A DNA stretch of 64,000 nt from Somniosus microcephalus (Eukaryota): positions 64,604,001 through 64,668,000 of the forward strand of contig CM126217.1 of assembly GCA_052327205.1 (NCBI GenBank), read 5' to 3'. The notes under the pieces are model-generated. The model was not told the DNA's origin. It saw only the letters and a list, made by a program, of their open reading frames with translations, and did no database searches. Made by a program: the position numbers and the translations under genes. Shown here piece by piece: positions 12,375 to 26,525 of the stretch (the stretch's first letter is position 1; each line of letters begins with the position of its first letter).

Positions 12375-12549
12375 GGGGTAGATATTCATCTTCACCACCT
12401 GGGCAGTAATCAGGTGAAAGGGATCGTGCACTCTACAGAACTCGTCTGAAATTGAAATGAATGGAATGAAAATCAGTCAGGTTCTGCAAAGGCAGTGCGA
12501 TCCATCCTGCCAGATTACTGCTCGGGTAATGAAGATGAAAATCTACCCC
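12375..12549. mobile_element. Palindromic MITE (Harbinger/Tourist-like), 175 bp
   Basis: TIRs GGGGTAGATATTCATCTTCA and TGAAGATGAAAATCTACCCC; perfect TCT duplication on both sides. Confidence 0.9.
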
Positions 12550-13294
12550 TCTGAATCAAGTCATGGTTACATGTTCTTTCAAACCATGTTCAACAGGAAT
12601 GAGATCAGAGAATGGTTGAGAAACCTGTTTTAGTTGTTTCTTTACCTAAGGTGACTGCTTTAACTTAATGTTATGCTGCATCTTGCAGTCTGGCCAACGT
12701 AAGAATATAGATATGTTTTTACATTGTTTTTTGATACAGAACAGCTAAGGTAGGAATTATGGTTAAACCACATGAGTAAATCAAAATTGGTTTGACTTCT
12801 ATACTGGCAGAGTTTATCTTTTGATCACGACTCTCCAGGACAAAAGCCATAATTAAGGAAGAGCAAAGATAGGAAGCAAAAGGTTGCTGAAGGATGAAAC
12901 CTTACACAATGTAACAAGATATTCACCAGGATATGCCCCTATCTTTACGTGTGTCCAGCAAACTGTTCAATGACCCAAGGGTCATAAAACACCCAACAAA
13001 GTTAAACTCAACAAAAATTAGACAATGAACGCTTGTTTTTAAAATGGTATGAAAAGAGATACAAAGCTTCACTCAATAGGAACTTTGGCTAGCTTCAAGG
13101 AAATCTACCATGATCAGCATCGTTCACGATGCCTGAGAAGGTCTTTACATGTAAGTTTCTAGACGTAGGACTCTGTATGTAGTCTTAAGATGAATGTTTT
13201 GAAACAATAATAAATTAAGTTAACTGTCAGACATATTACTGTTATTAAAAAGCATAAGGATTATCTAACAGTTAACCTGTTTGTGGCGGTTTTG

Positions 13295-13405
13295 ATTGAA
13301 GGAAGAATGTTGGCCAGTATGCGGGAACAGGCAGACACAGCCTTGGTTTAATATCTCATCTAAAGCATGTCACTTCTGAAGTGTCAGCCTAGATTACATA
13401 CTCAA
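13295..13405 (-). mobile_element. Deu-domain SINE fragment
   Basis: CTTGGTTTAATATCTCATCT...GTGTCAGCCTAGATT is similar to 45875-45960. Confidence 0.6.
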
Positions 13406-13639
13406 AGATTAAGCACCAATTTTAACCCTCCCGCACATGACTAGAACAGGATGTGCGGGAATTAAAATCATGTATTTTGGACAGTGTGTGAGGACCTTGC
13501 CCCACGTAGCTGAGATCCTTATTGAGTTGCAAAAGTTGGGGTCTGATGATGTCAATCAGACCCCAATTTATACTTCGAGTCATGCATTCAGTGCCTAGTG
13601 CCGGCCTAGGCAATGAGCTGACCCTGTGTCTACGGAAAT

Positions 13640-14650
13640 GAGAAAGGAGAAAGCAATAGAGCAGGATAGAGATGGGGGAAATAATAACCAGAGTGTGACA
13701 GAAAGGTACAGAGGCCTAGAAATTGGGTTTTGGTCTTGCCAGGGCTGTAGCGCCAGAAAGTTTGCGCCAGCGGTAATGCGGCAGCGCGCGCCGAAAATTC
13801 GGGTGCGCCGGGCCCAGACGGCGGCGGGCGCTAAAACCCTCCTTTAGCGCCTCAAAACGGGCGTGCACTTGGGTTTCCCGGCGCTAATCCCCCGCTGCGG
13901 CACCCGATGCGGTGCGGCAGGCGGGGGAACTGCAGGCCTCCTCCTCCTGTTAAGGAGGAGCTGCCTGCAGCCGACAACTGTCCGGCGGATTGACCCGACA
14001 TCTGAGCCCGGCACCTCGGGGAAGTGCCGGGCTCGCATCAGACACTGATCAGGGCCGCGGGGGGGGAATGCAGGAGTCCGGGAAGGGAGGTGCGGGCAGG
14101 CGGCCGCCGGGAACGCGGCCGGCCGCCGCTCCACCTTTATGCGCCGGCGCACACTGGGGGAAGACTCTGTTGCCAGAGTCTTAGTTGCGCCTGCCACGGG
14201 CAAGGTGGGCGCAACTGAATTTCGGCTTGGGGCCGGGTTACCACGGCAACCGGGACGCTGCGCACACCGATGACGTCATCGGTGCCGGCGCAGCGCTACC
14301 GGTGCAACGCCGATTTAGGGCCCCAGGGAATTTCTCAACTGGCCATAACTCCGGCGCTAGGCCCTCTAGCGCCTCAAATGCGGCGCTAAGCCTACCGAAT
14401 TTCTAGGCCAAAATGTTTAAAAATAGGAGTGCAACAGAAAATGGGGCTAAAACAAGGAGAAATGGTAAAAAGACAAAGTTAAAAGCTGTATATCTGAATG
14501 CACGCAGCATTCGTAACAAGATAGATGAGTTGATGGAACAAATAGATGCAAATAGGTATGATCTGATCGCCATTACAGAGACGTGGTTGCAAGGTGATCA
14601 GGGCTGGGAACTGAATATTCCAGGGTATTTGACAATTCGGAAGGTTAGGT
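13640..14650 (+). mobile_element. CR1 fragment with the start of the ORF2 APE endonuclease, split by a MITE
   Basis: KLKAVYLNARSIRNKIDEL...YDLIAITETWLQGDQGWELNIPGY (14473-14630). Confidence 0.85.
13713..14409. mobile_element. Harbinger MITE, GC/CpG-rich, about 700 bp
   Basis: Perfect 12-bp TIRs GGCCTAGAAATT and AATTTCTAGGCC; flanks AGA/AAA. Confidence 0.9.
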
Positions 14651-14699
14651 GCAAGGGCAGGGAAGAAAGTAGACAAAAGGTTTTAGGACAGAGCTGTGG

Positions 14700-15395
14700 G
14701 AGTGGTGAGCACACAGCTGAGAGGTGATGACATATTCAAGGAACTTGGATTAAAAGGGAAGATTAAAGTTATAGCAGTAGTTGGAGGAGGAGGACAGTTT
14801 GAGGATTGGCTTTTGAGGAGGTGGATGATGATGGGGTTTTGAAAGGGTGAGTGGCAGTGCCTGAATAAAGGAAGCCATTAACAATGTTGGTGAGCATTGG
14901 GGTCAGAAAAGGTAGTAGTTGAGAAGTCAGTAGTTGGTTGGTTGGAGAGAAGATTGAAGAGCAGGAAATTAGCTTGGAGAATATAGGGATGGAGGAATTG
15001 GAGAGAAGCTGCAAAATGGCGGGTTTGGGGTCAGATTGAGTGCGGGATTGGAATGTGATTGGCATTAGGGAGGCAGGGATGTCCCTGAGGCAGCAGCTCA
15101 GATGCTCTCAATATTTGAGATGAAGAAATTCATGAACTGCATGCATTTGGAAATGATCCTGGAGCAACAGGAGGATTTGGCCATGGAGCCGGGGCTTGGT
15201 GTTGTCCAACCAAATTTGCCGGTGTTTTACAAGACTATTCAGGCACCAAGTGCACTCAAATCTGCAGCCCTCAAACTTATTGGTGGGAGGTGTACTAGGA
15301 GAATAATGGGATGAGAGATGGTGAGTGACTTGGTGGGGACAAGGGTGTTGATATTAGAAGTAAGAGAGCTGTTTAGAAGGTCAGGAGCAGGTGAA
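14700..15395 (-). mobile_element. Decayed L2 ORF2 fragment
   Basis: LLTSQLLPFLTPMLTNIVNGFLYSGTATHPFKT resembles the L2 pre-RT region. Confidence 0.65.
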
Positions 15396-15402
15396 GGCCT
15401 AA

Positions 15403-16932
15403 AATATCATAGAATCATAGAAGTTTACAGCACGGAAGGAGGCCATTTGGCCCATCGTGTCCGCGCCGGTCGACAAAGAGCTATCCAGCCTAATCCCACC
15501 TGCCAGCTCTTGGTCCGTAGCCTTGTAGGCCATGTCACCTCAAGAGCACATCCGAATTCTTTTTGAATGTGGTGAGAGTTTCTGCCTCTACCACCCTTTC
15601 AGGCAGTGAGTTCCAGACTCCCACCACCCTCTGGGTGAAAAAAATTCCCCTCAAATCCCCTCTAAACCTCCGACCATTTACTTTAAATCTATGCCCCCTG
15701 GTTGTTGACCCCTCTGCCAAGGGAAACAGTTCCTTCCTATCCACTCTATCTAGGCCCCTCATAATTTTATACACCTCAATTAGGCATCCCCTCAGCCTCC
15801 TCTGTTCCAAAGAAAACAACACCAACCTATCCAATCTTTCCTCATAGGTAAAATTCTCCAGTCCAAGCAACATCCTTGTAAATCTCCTCTGTACCCTCTC
15901 TAGTGAAATCCTGTAATGTGGTGACCAGAACTGCACACAGCTAGCTGATGCCTAATTAGTGTTTTATACAGTTCAAGCATAACCTCCCTTCTCTTATATT
16001 CTATGCCTCAGCTAATAAAGGCAAGTATCCCATATGCCTTCTTAACCACCTTATCTACCTGGCCTGTTACATTCAGGGATCTGTGGACATGCACTCCAAG
16101 GTCCCTCTGTTCCTCTGCACTTCTCAGTGTCCTACCGTTTAATGTGTATTCCCCTGCCGCGTTAGCCCTCCCCAAATGCATGACCTCGCACTTCTCCGGA
16201 TTGAATTCCATTTGTCACTGTTCTGCCCACCTGACCAGTCCATTGATAACTTCCTGCAGTCTGCAGCTTTCTTCTTCATTATCCACAAAACAGCCAATTT
16301 TTGTATCATCTGCAAACTTCTTAATCATATCCCCTACATTAAAGTCTAAATCATTGATATATATCACAAAAAGCAAGGGACCTAGTACCGAGTCCTGCGG
16401 AACCCCACTGAAAACAGCCTTCCAGGCACAAAAACACCCATCGACCATAACCCTCTGCTTCCTACTTCTGAGCCAATTTTGGATCCAACTTGTCACTTTG
16501 CCTTGGATCCCATGGGCTTTTACTTTTGTGACCAGTCTGCCATGTGGGACCTTATCAAAAGCCTTGCTAAAATCCATATACACTACATCAAATGGACTAC
16601 CGTCATCGACCTTCCTTGTTACCTCCTCAAAAAATTCAAGCAAGTTAGTCAGACACGACTTTCCCTTAACAACTCCATGCTGACTGTCCCTGATTAATCC
16701 GTGTCTTTCTAAATGAAGATTTATCCTGTCCCTCAGAATTTTTTCCAATAATTTTCCCACCACCGAGATTCGGCTGACTGGCCTGTAATTACTTGGTCTA
16801 GCCCTATCTCCTTTTTTAACCAGTGGTACGATGTTAGCAGTCCTCCGGCACCGCACTGTAGCTAGAGAGGATTGGAAAATGATGGTCAGAACCTCTGCTA
16901 TTTCCTCTCTTGCTTCACTTAACAGCCTGGGG
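15403..16932 (-). mobile_element. CR1 LINE, 5'-truncated, disrupted reverse transcriptase to 3' tail
   Basis: ANIVPLVKKGDRARPSNYRPVS...YMDFSKAFDKVPH...SGVPQDSVLGPLLFVIYINDLD...KFADDTKIG; downstream QFWSPHY, TRGHRFK, FFTQRVVGVWNSLP; TTCTATGATTCTATGAT tail. Confidence 0.95.
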
Positions 16933-16946
16933 AAATAAGAGTTATA

Positions 16947-17704
16947 GGCCTAGAAATTTGATTGCAGTGTGCCCGTTTTACAGGTGTAAAATAGGCACCG
17001 AAGCATCCATTATGGCTGGCTGTGTGTGCATAAACATTCTGAGATGGATGTGCCCATCTACCATATTGGTAATGGCATCAAAAGAGGAATCCAGGGCCCA
17101 TGCTTGAAACAGGCCTTAGGCACTTTGCATATGCAAATAAGGGTCCTAACAGCTATTTACTGCCCCCTTTACCAAATTGGTTTCCCCTGAAGGCAGCTGG
17201 ACAACCAGGTCAACATGCAGTATGGCCTACTCCTGCTCTTATTTCTTATGTTCTTAAAGGGTCCATTACAGGCCAGCACCATCTTACCTGAATGTGGAGT
17301 GGGGAGGTACAGGAGTGTACCTCTCAACTCCAAATTAAAACCATGGCTGCTAAAAGCCACTGCTTGCTCCTCCCCCCGCCACCCGATTGTGGCTTCCCTC
17401 CCTCTCTTGGTTGCTGTCCCCTCACGCCCACTGCCTCCCTCCCTCCATACTTCCACTCCGATCACTGCTTCTCTCTCTCTCTCTCTCCTGTTTGACCCGC
17501 TCCCTCACTCCCCCTTCTTTCAAAATCTACCTGAGGGCTGCAGCCAGCAATGCAGCAGCCCAAGATTCAAATCGTCCTTGCCTAGGGATGCAGCTTGCCT
17601 GTCTGAGGCCCAAGGCCCATTATCGGGTGAGCCTCAGGCCTACCCATTCCGGTGCAGGGATCGATCCCCGCGCCGGCAGAGCAACACTAACCAATTTCTA
17701 GACC
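16947..17704. mobile_element. Harbinger MITE containing a short CR1-tail fragment (about 17222-17255)
   Basis: TIRs GGCCTAGAAATTTG and CCAATTTCTAGACC; flanks ATA/ACA. Confidence 0.8.
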
Positions 17705-19301
17705 ACAGAGTTAGGACTATAAAAGGTTCAGCAAAAATGACATACTGCGAATTTGGAGAATCAAATTGCAATCCATTTAATTATTGGGAGAAGCCATCAC
17801 AATCCTGAGATCACTTTTTGTCAGGCTGTAATTTGGACGTCTTCCACTGCTTTCACAGCCTGAACTAAAGAGCGATACCATTTGCTTTTTTCCCCTCCCT
17901 TTTATTGTTTTGTGTCTTAATATGCCACTCTGTACTGACAGGACAAAGTCTAATGATATTTTTCCTCCCATCTATCCCATCCATCTTCGTTTTGTTGTGT
18001 TTTGTCAATAGAAGCTGCCTGACAAGTTATTGACAGGAACAATTCCTTTGATAGTTGCAGATGACAGGCAGTGGAGTACCTTTGGGTACACTAAGCTACC
18101 AACATAAATGAGAAATACAAATTATTACCTTATTTTAAAATCTAAGTAATGTACTTGTTAATCCTACCCCAATGGCAAGTAATAGTTTTCTGCTAAAATT
18201 AAAGCAGTGTTCTTTCTAGTAGTATTCAGGAATGTGAAAGTATAATAGTTTTAAAGCCTATTCCCTCAAAATCAATTTTGCTCATATTATTAACTCAGCC
18301 AAATCAGTCTCTCCATTCTTATTTCTCATTTGTTGAACTTAACAAATGAAAGAAAATGTGGCTCGATGAATTCAGTTAGACAGAAAATAGAAATGAATTT
18401 GACTGGACCAGAAATACAAGAGTGAAGATAATTTCAATTATATTCCAAGCTAAACCTCACCCATCCATTTGAAATGAAGAAAGGATTATGGGGGCGTCTC
18501 CTATTAAAAACTATTTATTCACATCCATTGTATGTTTAGAAAGTAGGTACGAATCTATGTGCTGTGTAACATTTAATGAATAGAAAATTATCCTGAGTAG
18601 GATGTCGCAATACAAAAAAATCATCCAATTTTCTGTGCAATAAAAGTGAAGACAATCCAGGGCAGGCTGTGGAATGCAAACTTCTTTTTAAATGTCACGG
18701 CCATGTTTATTAATCATTGGGAGCTGATGCTTATCTGTGCGATATACGTTGATGGGAACTTCACCTGCTGGCTGATTAGGAGCATTCCTCCATTTTGCCG
18801 AAGCACTGACTGGAATGATTGTGATTAAAAGTGAAAGCACGTGGTCTGCATTTTAAAGGGGGGTTAGTGGTGTGCAAAACGTGAGCTACTCAGAACTGAG
18901 CTGACAGAAAGCAAGGCATGGACCCTGTGGCTTAGATGCTGAGCTTTGAAAAAGTAAGTCAGTTTCCAAACATTGGGTAAAATATGACTAGCAAATTACT
19001 TTGCATCAGCTTAAGGGTAATCTTTAGGTAGTGTGGGTACATTAACAGTAGGCTAATTTGAATCTATGGCTCTAAATGTACATCAGGATACATTAAATCC
19101 ACCAGCGTTTTAGCACACTCTGCCCTTACAGTAGTACGCCAGAACAGCCAGAAACTAGGATGGAACCTGGATAAGTTGGGTCCCAACCCTGCGTTGAAGC
19201 CTTCTACTAGTGCTGGAGTCTCCACCTATCTCAAGCATGGTTATTGACATAGGAGCAAGGTCAAAAATGGCTACTCCAAACGGCAGATTTCCCACATCCT
19301 A

Positions 19302-19737
19302 GGCCTTGATTAGGGCCCGGCGTATGGTCAGCAGAATTATGTCTGGTCCCACCAGGCGTACTTCCCCGACAGCCATTGAATGTGGGGCTGACTGGGGTGG
19401 GGTGGGGATGGGCGGGGCAGGGGGGGAGCCCAGGATTGAGGCCTGGGCCCCGGAAGAAAAATGCCCCCTTTAAAAAAATATATATTTTAAGTTTGTAAAT
19501 GCACCCCTCACTCTGGCACTCCTCCACCAGACTTTCTGGGTCCTCAAACATGGCGAGGGCCCTAGATGAGCTGCTGGTGGTGCGAGTGCCTGTCATTCCC
19601 ATGCTAAAGAAGGGACCACCCCCTGACTCCGGTAAATCTGCTAGGGTCAGCGGCAGATATCCCCGGCAAATGCACCCCAGTACCTACGCCAGGTTTGCAC
19701 TCCCCCACCTCCCCCCCCGGCACAGATTTTCAGGGCC
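19302..19737. mobile_element. Harbinger-like MITE remnant
   Basis: GC-rich island ending GATTTTCAGGGCC; left end uncertain. Confidence 0.5.
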
Positions 19738-22619
19738 ATTGCCTTTATGTACGAGACTCTTACAATTGGATTGACACTTTTAGCCTGATCTTCAGTTTAA
19801 GTGGAGCTGGAGATTGTAAAGCTTCTTTTGTGAATTAGCTGTTGATGCATTCACTAGCACTAATGAACCCGTACTGATGCGCTGTCTGAACTATTATGGT
19901 AGAGTTAACACTATCAAGCTGCCCCAGAGCAACAGTGAAGTGGAATAGAATCAGGCCAGTCTAAAAGAGCCAGCAGCTTATCTGCGGTCTGTTGGAAATC
20001 CAGTCTTTGAATTTAAAGCTACCTCCTAGCAAAAGTGATAATATTTTAAATGTGTGTAAAATGTTCTTCTACTGTACATATTTTATACAAGTATTAAAAA
20101 TGAAATTGAATGTTATTAAAAAGGAGGACTCAATAATTCTGCTAAAATGAATGATACCAAAGCAGGCATTTTCTTCATTAAAATGAAATTAGCTCGATCT
20201 TGAATCATTAGACAATTCTGCTACTGTTTCAAAACAGTCCACCAGACTCAAATAATGCTATTGGTCATGCTTAATTATTAATGTATATATTACATAATTT
20301 GTACTGAAGGGATGGGTATATAAGGGGCAGTATAAATTTGTGTTATTTAGTTGTTATTACTGGGGCTGCTTGCTTACTGGACAGTCCTTAGTTTCAATAA
20401 CTTCTATTCTCACAGTTCTAAATATATATATTAATATCTTTGCATAGGGTAGTTTCAATTCTAGCTTCTTGAATCACTGTGACTGTAAGTAAGACAAATA
20501 TAAAGATAAATACATTTTAATATTACAACCTTACTGGTAACAAGGATGCGTTCCCTGATTTTGTTTTTCATTTAGTAGGCCAGGGAAGGTTCCTTGCCTG
20601 TTGTTGATACTTAACAATAAGATTGTCATGTAAAACATAAAAATATTGAATCATTTTACTCTCCCAAAGAATCTGAAAGCTAGAAATTCAAATCACTGTA
20701 TGGCAAATTATTAAGATGTATATTTTTGCAGGGTTGGGGGGGTGGGAGGGGGCGGGGGAGGGCGAGATTAGTTATCTCTCATTTAAAAGGGCTCATTTTA
20801 GCATTTTAGCACCCCTCTGGACAAAGAGTTTGCATAAAATTATAGGGACTATGAAATAGTCCAGTGTAAAATTATACCAAATTAGCAATTATCTATCATA
20901 GTTGATTATGTATATTGAATTCAGTATTTATTATACACAGGAAGAGGAATCTGCACATCTTATACCTGTGGGGTTCATGAATTATTTGGTCATGCTTAGT
21001 TGTGGACAAAATGCCTGCTTTAAACACCTAATGGTGAGTACCCTCTGTCTATTTTTAACCATTCCTTGTTTATCTTAATTATTTTGGTCACTGAATACTT
21101 TCCCCGAGTGGGAAATGGAGAATTCTGTAACATGTACGAACAGGGCATGTCCAATGCCATCCTTAATTTTGGGGGGAAAAAGATGCAGAATATTCATTCC
21201 TTTGATGTGCAAGTTCTTAAATTCATTGTTCAGAATTTTCTCCAAAAGAAATATGAATATTATATGAAATCTGTTAGCTGCTTGCCAAATTCTAATGAAT
21301 TCTGCATGCATTTTGTAGAACAACTTGCAAGCTTGCTCTCAGCAACATCACTGCTCATGATTTTTTCACAGTGTGGCTGTAAAAAAAAGGAAAGAAATAA
21401 AACTATACAAGCCACCATATTTTGTCTCTTGACTAATGTTAACCTATGGCTATTGAATTACTGAACTGTATCTGAGAACTAATGAGAAACATTTCCCCAG
21501 AGAATCTTTATCCATGGCACTTAGACTGCACCATTGGGACTCATTCCTTGTCTGTCACCTTCCCCATTTCATTGACACTGAACTTCACTACATCTATTAC
21601 ACCACTAGCCCCATTTGGCTTTACACTTCACCGTTCTGAAGTAGCAAAAAGGCATAAGGTCAAAACCCATTTAACCAAACAAAATGTGTGTGATTTTTCA
21701 CTGTGATGTTTCTTTTAAAGGTACCAGTAAAGGTTGATGGCTCCGGTTGCAGTCTCTTTTAGATGGTTAGCAGTTGACCAATATTGATTCCAGTATCAAT
21801 TCTGGACCTCATTCGATTATTTTAATGTTTTTAATACTGGATAATTACTGAAGGCCAACAACATTATTGGATGTGATTATTTTCTCTTCTTGTACACTCC
21901 AGCCTGCCTGCTCCTTATTATTTTATTCAAATATCTTTAATTCAAAATGTAATTACAGTAAATACATTTACATAATGCTGTAAGGTACAGTCTTAGATAT
22001 TGTCTGAATAAGTTTTCCTAGTCACATACTTAAAAAAAAAAAAAAGAAATGCCTGCCTTAGCAATGGCTACATGGTCCCTTTAATCCTTCGGCCTCTATT
22101 CTCATTTCTGCTGCCATTCCTAAGGCTGCTGTTACTTCAGCTTCCAACGAATCAGATGAAAGCTCCCTTCCATATCCTCTCTTCACTGCAGTAACCATCT
22201 CCACTGCTTTTACCTGCCCCAAGCAGTACTGCAACCCCTTTCCTCACTGCCAATACCATCCAGTTCATTTTTGTATTATCTTCTGCAAGAAATATTGGTC
22301 TCTTGCAAATTCTGAAAACAAAAGTTACCATTTGAAATCATTTTACCTCAGATTTTAGTAATGAACTGACAGTTGTCAATTTATATCGCAAGGCAGGTAA
22401 TACTTGAGGCAGGCAGAATGCATTCTTAGGGACAAGCACATTAATACAACTGCAACATTTTTATCCTGTATACCAAGTCCAAGAATTGGTGATATATCTC
22501 CAGTTTGTGAACATAATATACCAATCCTGTCAATGGTTGCTGAGCCCTACAGCTCTGGTACAGGTGGGAGCCTCATAAATATATACAAATCAGGATCCTA
22601 CACCTAGATAGAAACCCAA

Positions 22620-23050
22620 TGCAATGTTAATTGCCCACTAAGCTGAGAACTCAGCCGCGAATGCCCCACTCAGTAAAGACTGGCGAACTCCCAGCGGAGG
22701 CCCTATAAGGTAAGTGTAAAACATATCTTTGTGGAGCCCGGAGGAGCACTCCAGAAAGAAAGGGACGCTGCCACCCTGGGCTCTCCCTCACCCACAATGC
22801 CGTCCCAAATCCACCCCCCCCCTCCCCCCGCCCCTGCAACTTACCTGACTGCCGGTGGCCTACGGGCTGCTCGATCCTAATAGGCCCAATGCCACAAACT
22901 GCCTCTGGATGTCCATTTCGGGTGAGCAGCTGGCCGGTGCGATGTTAATTAGGTCCGCCCTTTAATATGGACTGTGCCTTCCATTGCAGCTCCCGGGCAG
23001 GTGGCCAGCATGTCCCACCGACTTCTCACCTGGAAGTTAAAATTCCGCCA
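22620..23050. mobile_element. Decayed GC-rich DNA-transposon remnant
   Basis: GC-rich block ending GTTAAAATTCCGCC; composition like the other MITEs. Confidence 0.4.
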
Positions 23051-24264
23051 TAGACTCGGGGGAGGGGTGGGCACTTGCCACCCAGACGTAAAACCGGCTG
23101 ACTGTCATTTCCATTGATTTCACGTGAATCGTGACTTTTTTTTGTCTGATGCTGCTTTCTAATTAGATGGGGAAGCCACTGAGGAAAATTGCACCATTGA
23201 CCTATATAAATGGACTGAGCGGAAAAAACATGGCGGTCTCCTCTTTCAGCAATACACTTTATTTTGCTGCTCAGGATGGTATTGCCTTCAGAGATACCAG
23301 CAAAGCCTCAAGACCTTTTGAAGGCAGCAGAGTCTCCTCATCTGCTTTATGCAATTGCCAACAAAGTTGGAGCTGCCATTGACTGTGAGGTAAATGCCGT
23401 GTAAGTTAAGAAGACATTTCCTCCTGTATGATTATTTTTAACATTGTTTAAATTAAATAAAAATATATTTACTTTGTCACTTTTTTTCCTGGTTATTGCT
23501 TTAAATAACTGTCAATAAATTTGGTATATTATTGAAAAGCCTGTATTTGTTGGCAAAAAATACTCTCATTTTGTGACAGCTTTGAAAACATCATCCCTTC
23601 TGTGATGCTTTCAAATACATCTTGGTCCTGTATTTCATCAACAGCCTTTCATCCTATCAAATTATTTGGTGCACATTAGCAGTGACACCAATAGCACATT
23701 TATGAAAAAGACAATAATGGGCACGAAGGCTGATTTATTGTCAGCTCAGAAAAGATTAAATTATCCTAAAGTGCCAGTCCAACATCCTACACACAATGTT
23801 ACAAGTGGTTGGCATTCTGCAGGTTTAAATTGAAATTAAAGAAACCAAGCAATCCACGGCAGTGAAATCTGAACCTAGCAATATTACACACTTGGGACAG
23901 GTGGTTCAATCCAAGCATATATTTGATAACCTGAAAGGAACAGAGAGTAAATGATTTGGATCAGCACGCGGATCTGACATAGCGCTTAGATTACCAATGC
24001 CATGTGATAATCATTAAAATAACAACTTTAAACTTCACTACGCATTACACATAATTACAGTTATAATAAACATGAACCTCATGTATGGATAATTTCCTGA
24101 GCATTTTCTTTTCTGCTGGAAACAGTTATCATTAACAAAAATAGCACAATTATCTTTTAAATAATTGTGACCAATTCAAAAAATGGGAAATGCCACAAAG
24201 GCATACTTCACAGGCAAGAGCTCAATTTGCACCTCCAATTTAAATAGACTTTATTTTTTTTTAA

Positions 24265-25020
24265 TTTATTCTTGGGATGTGGGCGACACGAGTAAAACCA
24301 GATTTATAGCCCAGCCCTGAGGTGGTGGTGGTGAGCCTTCTCCTTGAACCGCAACGGTCCTTGTGGCAATGATGCTAGGTAGGGAATTCCAAGATATTGA
24401 CTGAGCAGTGTTGAAGGAATGGTGCTACATGTCCAAGTCAGGATGGTGTGTGACTTGGAAAGGATAGTTTTCCCATGACATTGCTGCTCTCCAGTGAACT
24501 GCTCCATCCTGGAAGGTGTTTAGCATTTTCTGTATTCCATTGCACTCTTGTGCCTAGTAGATGGTGGAGAAGCCTTAAGTGTTAGCAGAGTGCCTGGTCT
24601 TTGCCCTGCTCTTGTGGCCACGGTGTTAATATGGCTGGTCCAGCTAAGCTTCTGGCCTGTGGTGATCCCTTGCTATCCAGGTCTTCTTGTCAGCTGGAAT
24701 GGGCTGTGTCATTATTGGAGGAATTGTGAGTGGAGTTGAACACTGTAGAATCATCAGTGAACAGCAACCCCCCTGACCTTATGATGGATGGAAGGACATT
24801 GAGGCAGTTGAAGATGGTTGGGTAGAGAGCACTTCCCTGAGTAGATCCTGCAGCAATGTCTTGGGCTTCAGTGATTGACCTCTGGCAACCATTATCACCT
24901 TTTGTGTCAGGCATGACTCCTGCCACTTGAGATGTTTTCTCTCATTGACCTCAGTTTTGCTGTGGCTCCCTGGAGGCATACTCGATCGAATTCTAACAAT
25001 ATCGTGGGCAGTTATTCACA
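24265..25020 (-). mobile_element. Decayed CR1-group LINE (RT motif and 3' end)
   Basis: AGSTQGSALYPTIFNCLNVLPSIIRSGGLLFTDDSTVF is a degenerate PQGS...FADD motif; 3' part is related to 54455-54890. Confidence 0.7.
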
Positions 25021-26525
25021 CCTTAGGGATAAAAACATTGCTGCTGGCAGCCCATCTTTCCCCCGTTCGGGCCTAACTTTACACTGCAATCTTGCAGCAG
25101 TTTGCATTGTACCAAAACCATGTGTCTCACTATGTTAAAAACAAAGATCCCCCACAATCTACACAAGACAAAACATTGGATTAGATTTCACTATATTTTA
25201 TATGATAGAGGAGAAGGGTGAGTGAAATAAAACATGTCTGAGGGAGGATGGGTAGTTGCATCAAAGCAGATATGGCACATTTTGCTCCACTGTGAAATCT
25301 GTACTGGAGCCCAACAGTATTTATATCAGTGAGACTTCGTATAGTCACGTCTGAATTGCTTCTTTTTTTCCTGACTCCATTCCTGTTTGTAATTATAAAG
25401 AAGATTAAAGCCTGAAATGTATCCGTACCCTATGAATCAGAGCATATTATGCAACATAGAGTTTCCATACTGATTTAACCAACTAAATGTGACAATTATT
25501 CTGTTTTTCACACACACAACATTCCTAATCCTGTTATGTTCCTTAAAATTCAGTTGGCACCAAACACTTTCCCAATCCAATCATAGAATTCCTATATACT
25601 GTACCCAGCTATTTCTTATTCACTCTGATCGTTTTATGCAGAATCACTCATCCAAGCATAAATCCTGATCCAAGCATAAAATGTTATCCAATTATCCGGT
25701 TTTTATACTTAGCACACTAGGTTTAGTCAACCCATTGCCAGACTTCAACTGGTGGTAGCAAACATTGAACAAATCTATTTAGTTTTGTGCAAGAATAAAT
25801 GTTTTTTGAGCCATTTATTTGTGTAGATTACTAGCTCTTCCGTGGCTCACGGGTAGTTTGAGGCTTGGGGTGTGGTGTTGTGTGTATGCTAACTGCACTC
25901 AGCTGATGCCACTGTTTTGTTTTTCCTTATGACGTTGCAGTTAATCCTTGAGCGATGTATCTATTTAGCACGAAAGGTGTGGAGACTCGAAGCTCTTGAG
26001 GATGGGCTTTGGGCTGGTCAAGCTGATGTCCAACCAGTTCTGTTGGTGCTGCTTCTGGAACATTTTAGCCCCAATTATAACTCGGGCCAGGTAGGGCTGA
26101 GGTCGGCAGCAAACCATCCGAGTTTTGGCAACATGAGGCCTGGCTGATTTTAACTCCCTAATCTCTATGCGCCCGGTCAGATGCCTACCTGAAAACGGTG
26201 GGAAGTGCCAGCTGGCCAGCGGGTAGAAGCAAAATGTCGGGCAGCAGGTAATTCGCAGGGAGGCGATGTTGGGAGGACTTGGCAATTGCAAAGGTGATGG
26301 GGAGCCTGGGGAAGGGGAGGCCTAAACTTTCCATATGGAGCCTGGAGTGCCTCCAGTACCTCATGGGAAACTGTGGAAGGAAATGAATAGGAGTGGGTGG
26401 AGCAGCTGTAGCTGGCACTGGAGGACAGCAAGGGATGGAGTTTCAGTATTCAATGCCTTTGGTTAGCACATGTGTCTGTATTCTTTATGTTAGGCTTGAG
26501 TTCAACCTGACTTTGTGTGACTGGG

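Noticed and set aside
16003-16683. 226-aa plus-strand ORF
   Set aside because: Antisense shadow of the CR1 reverse transcriptase.
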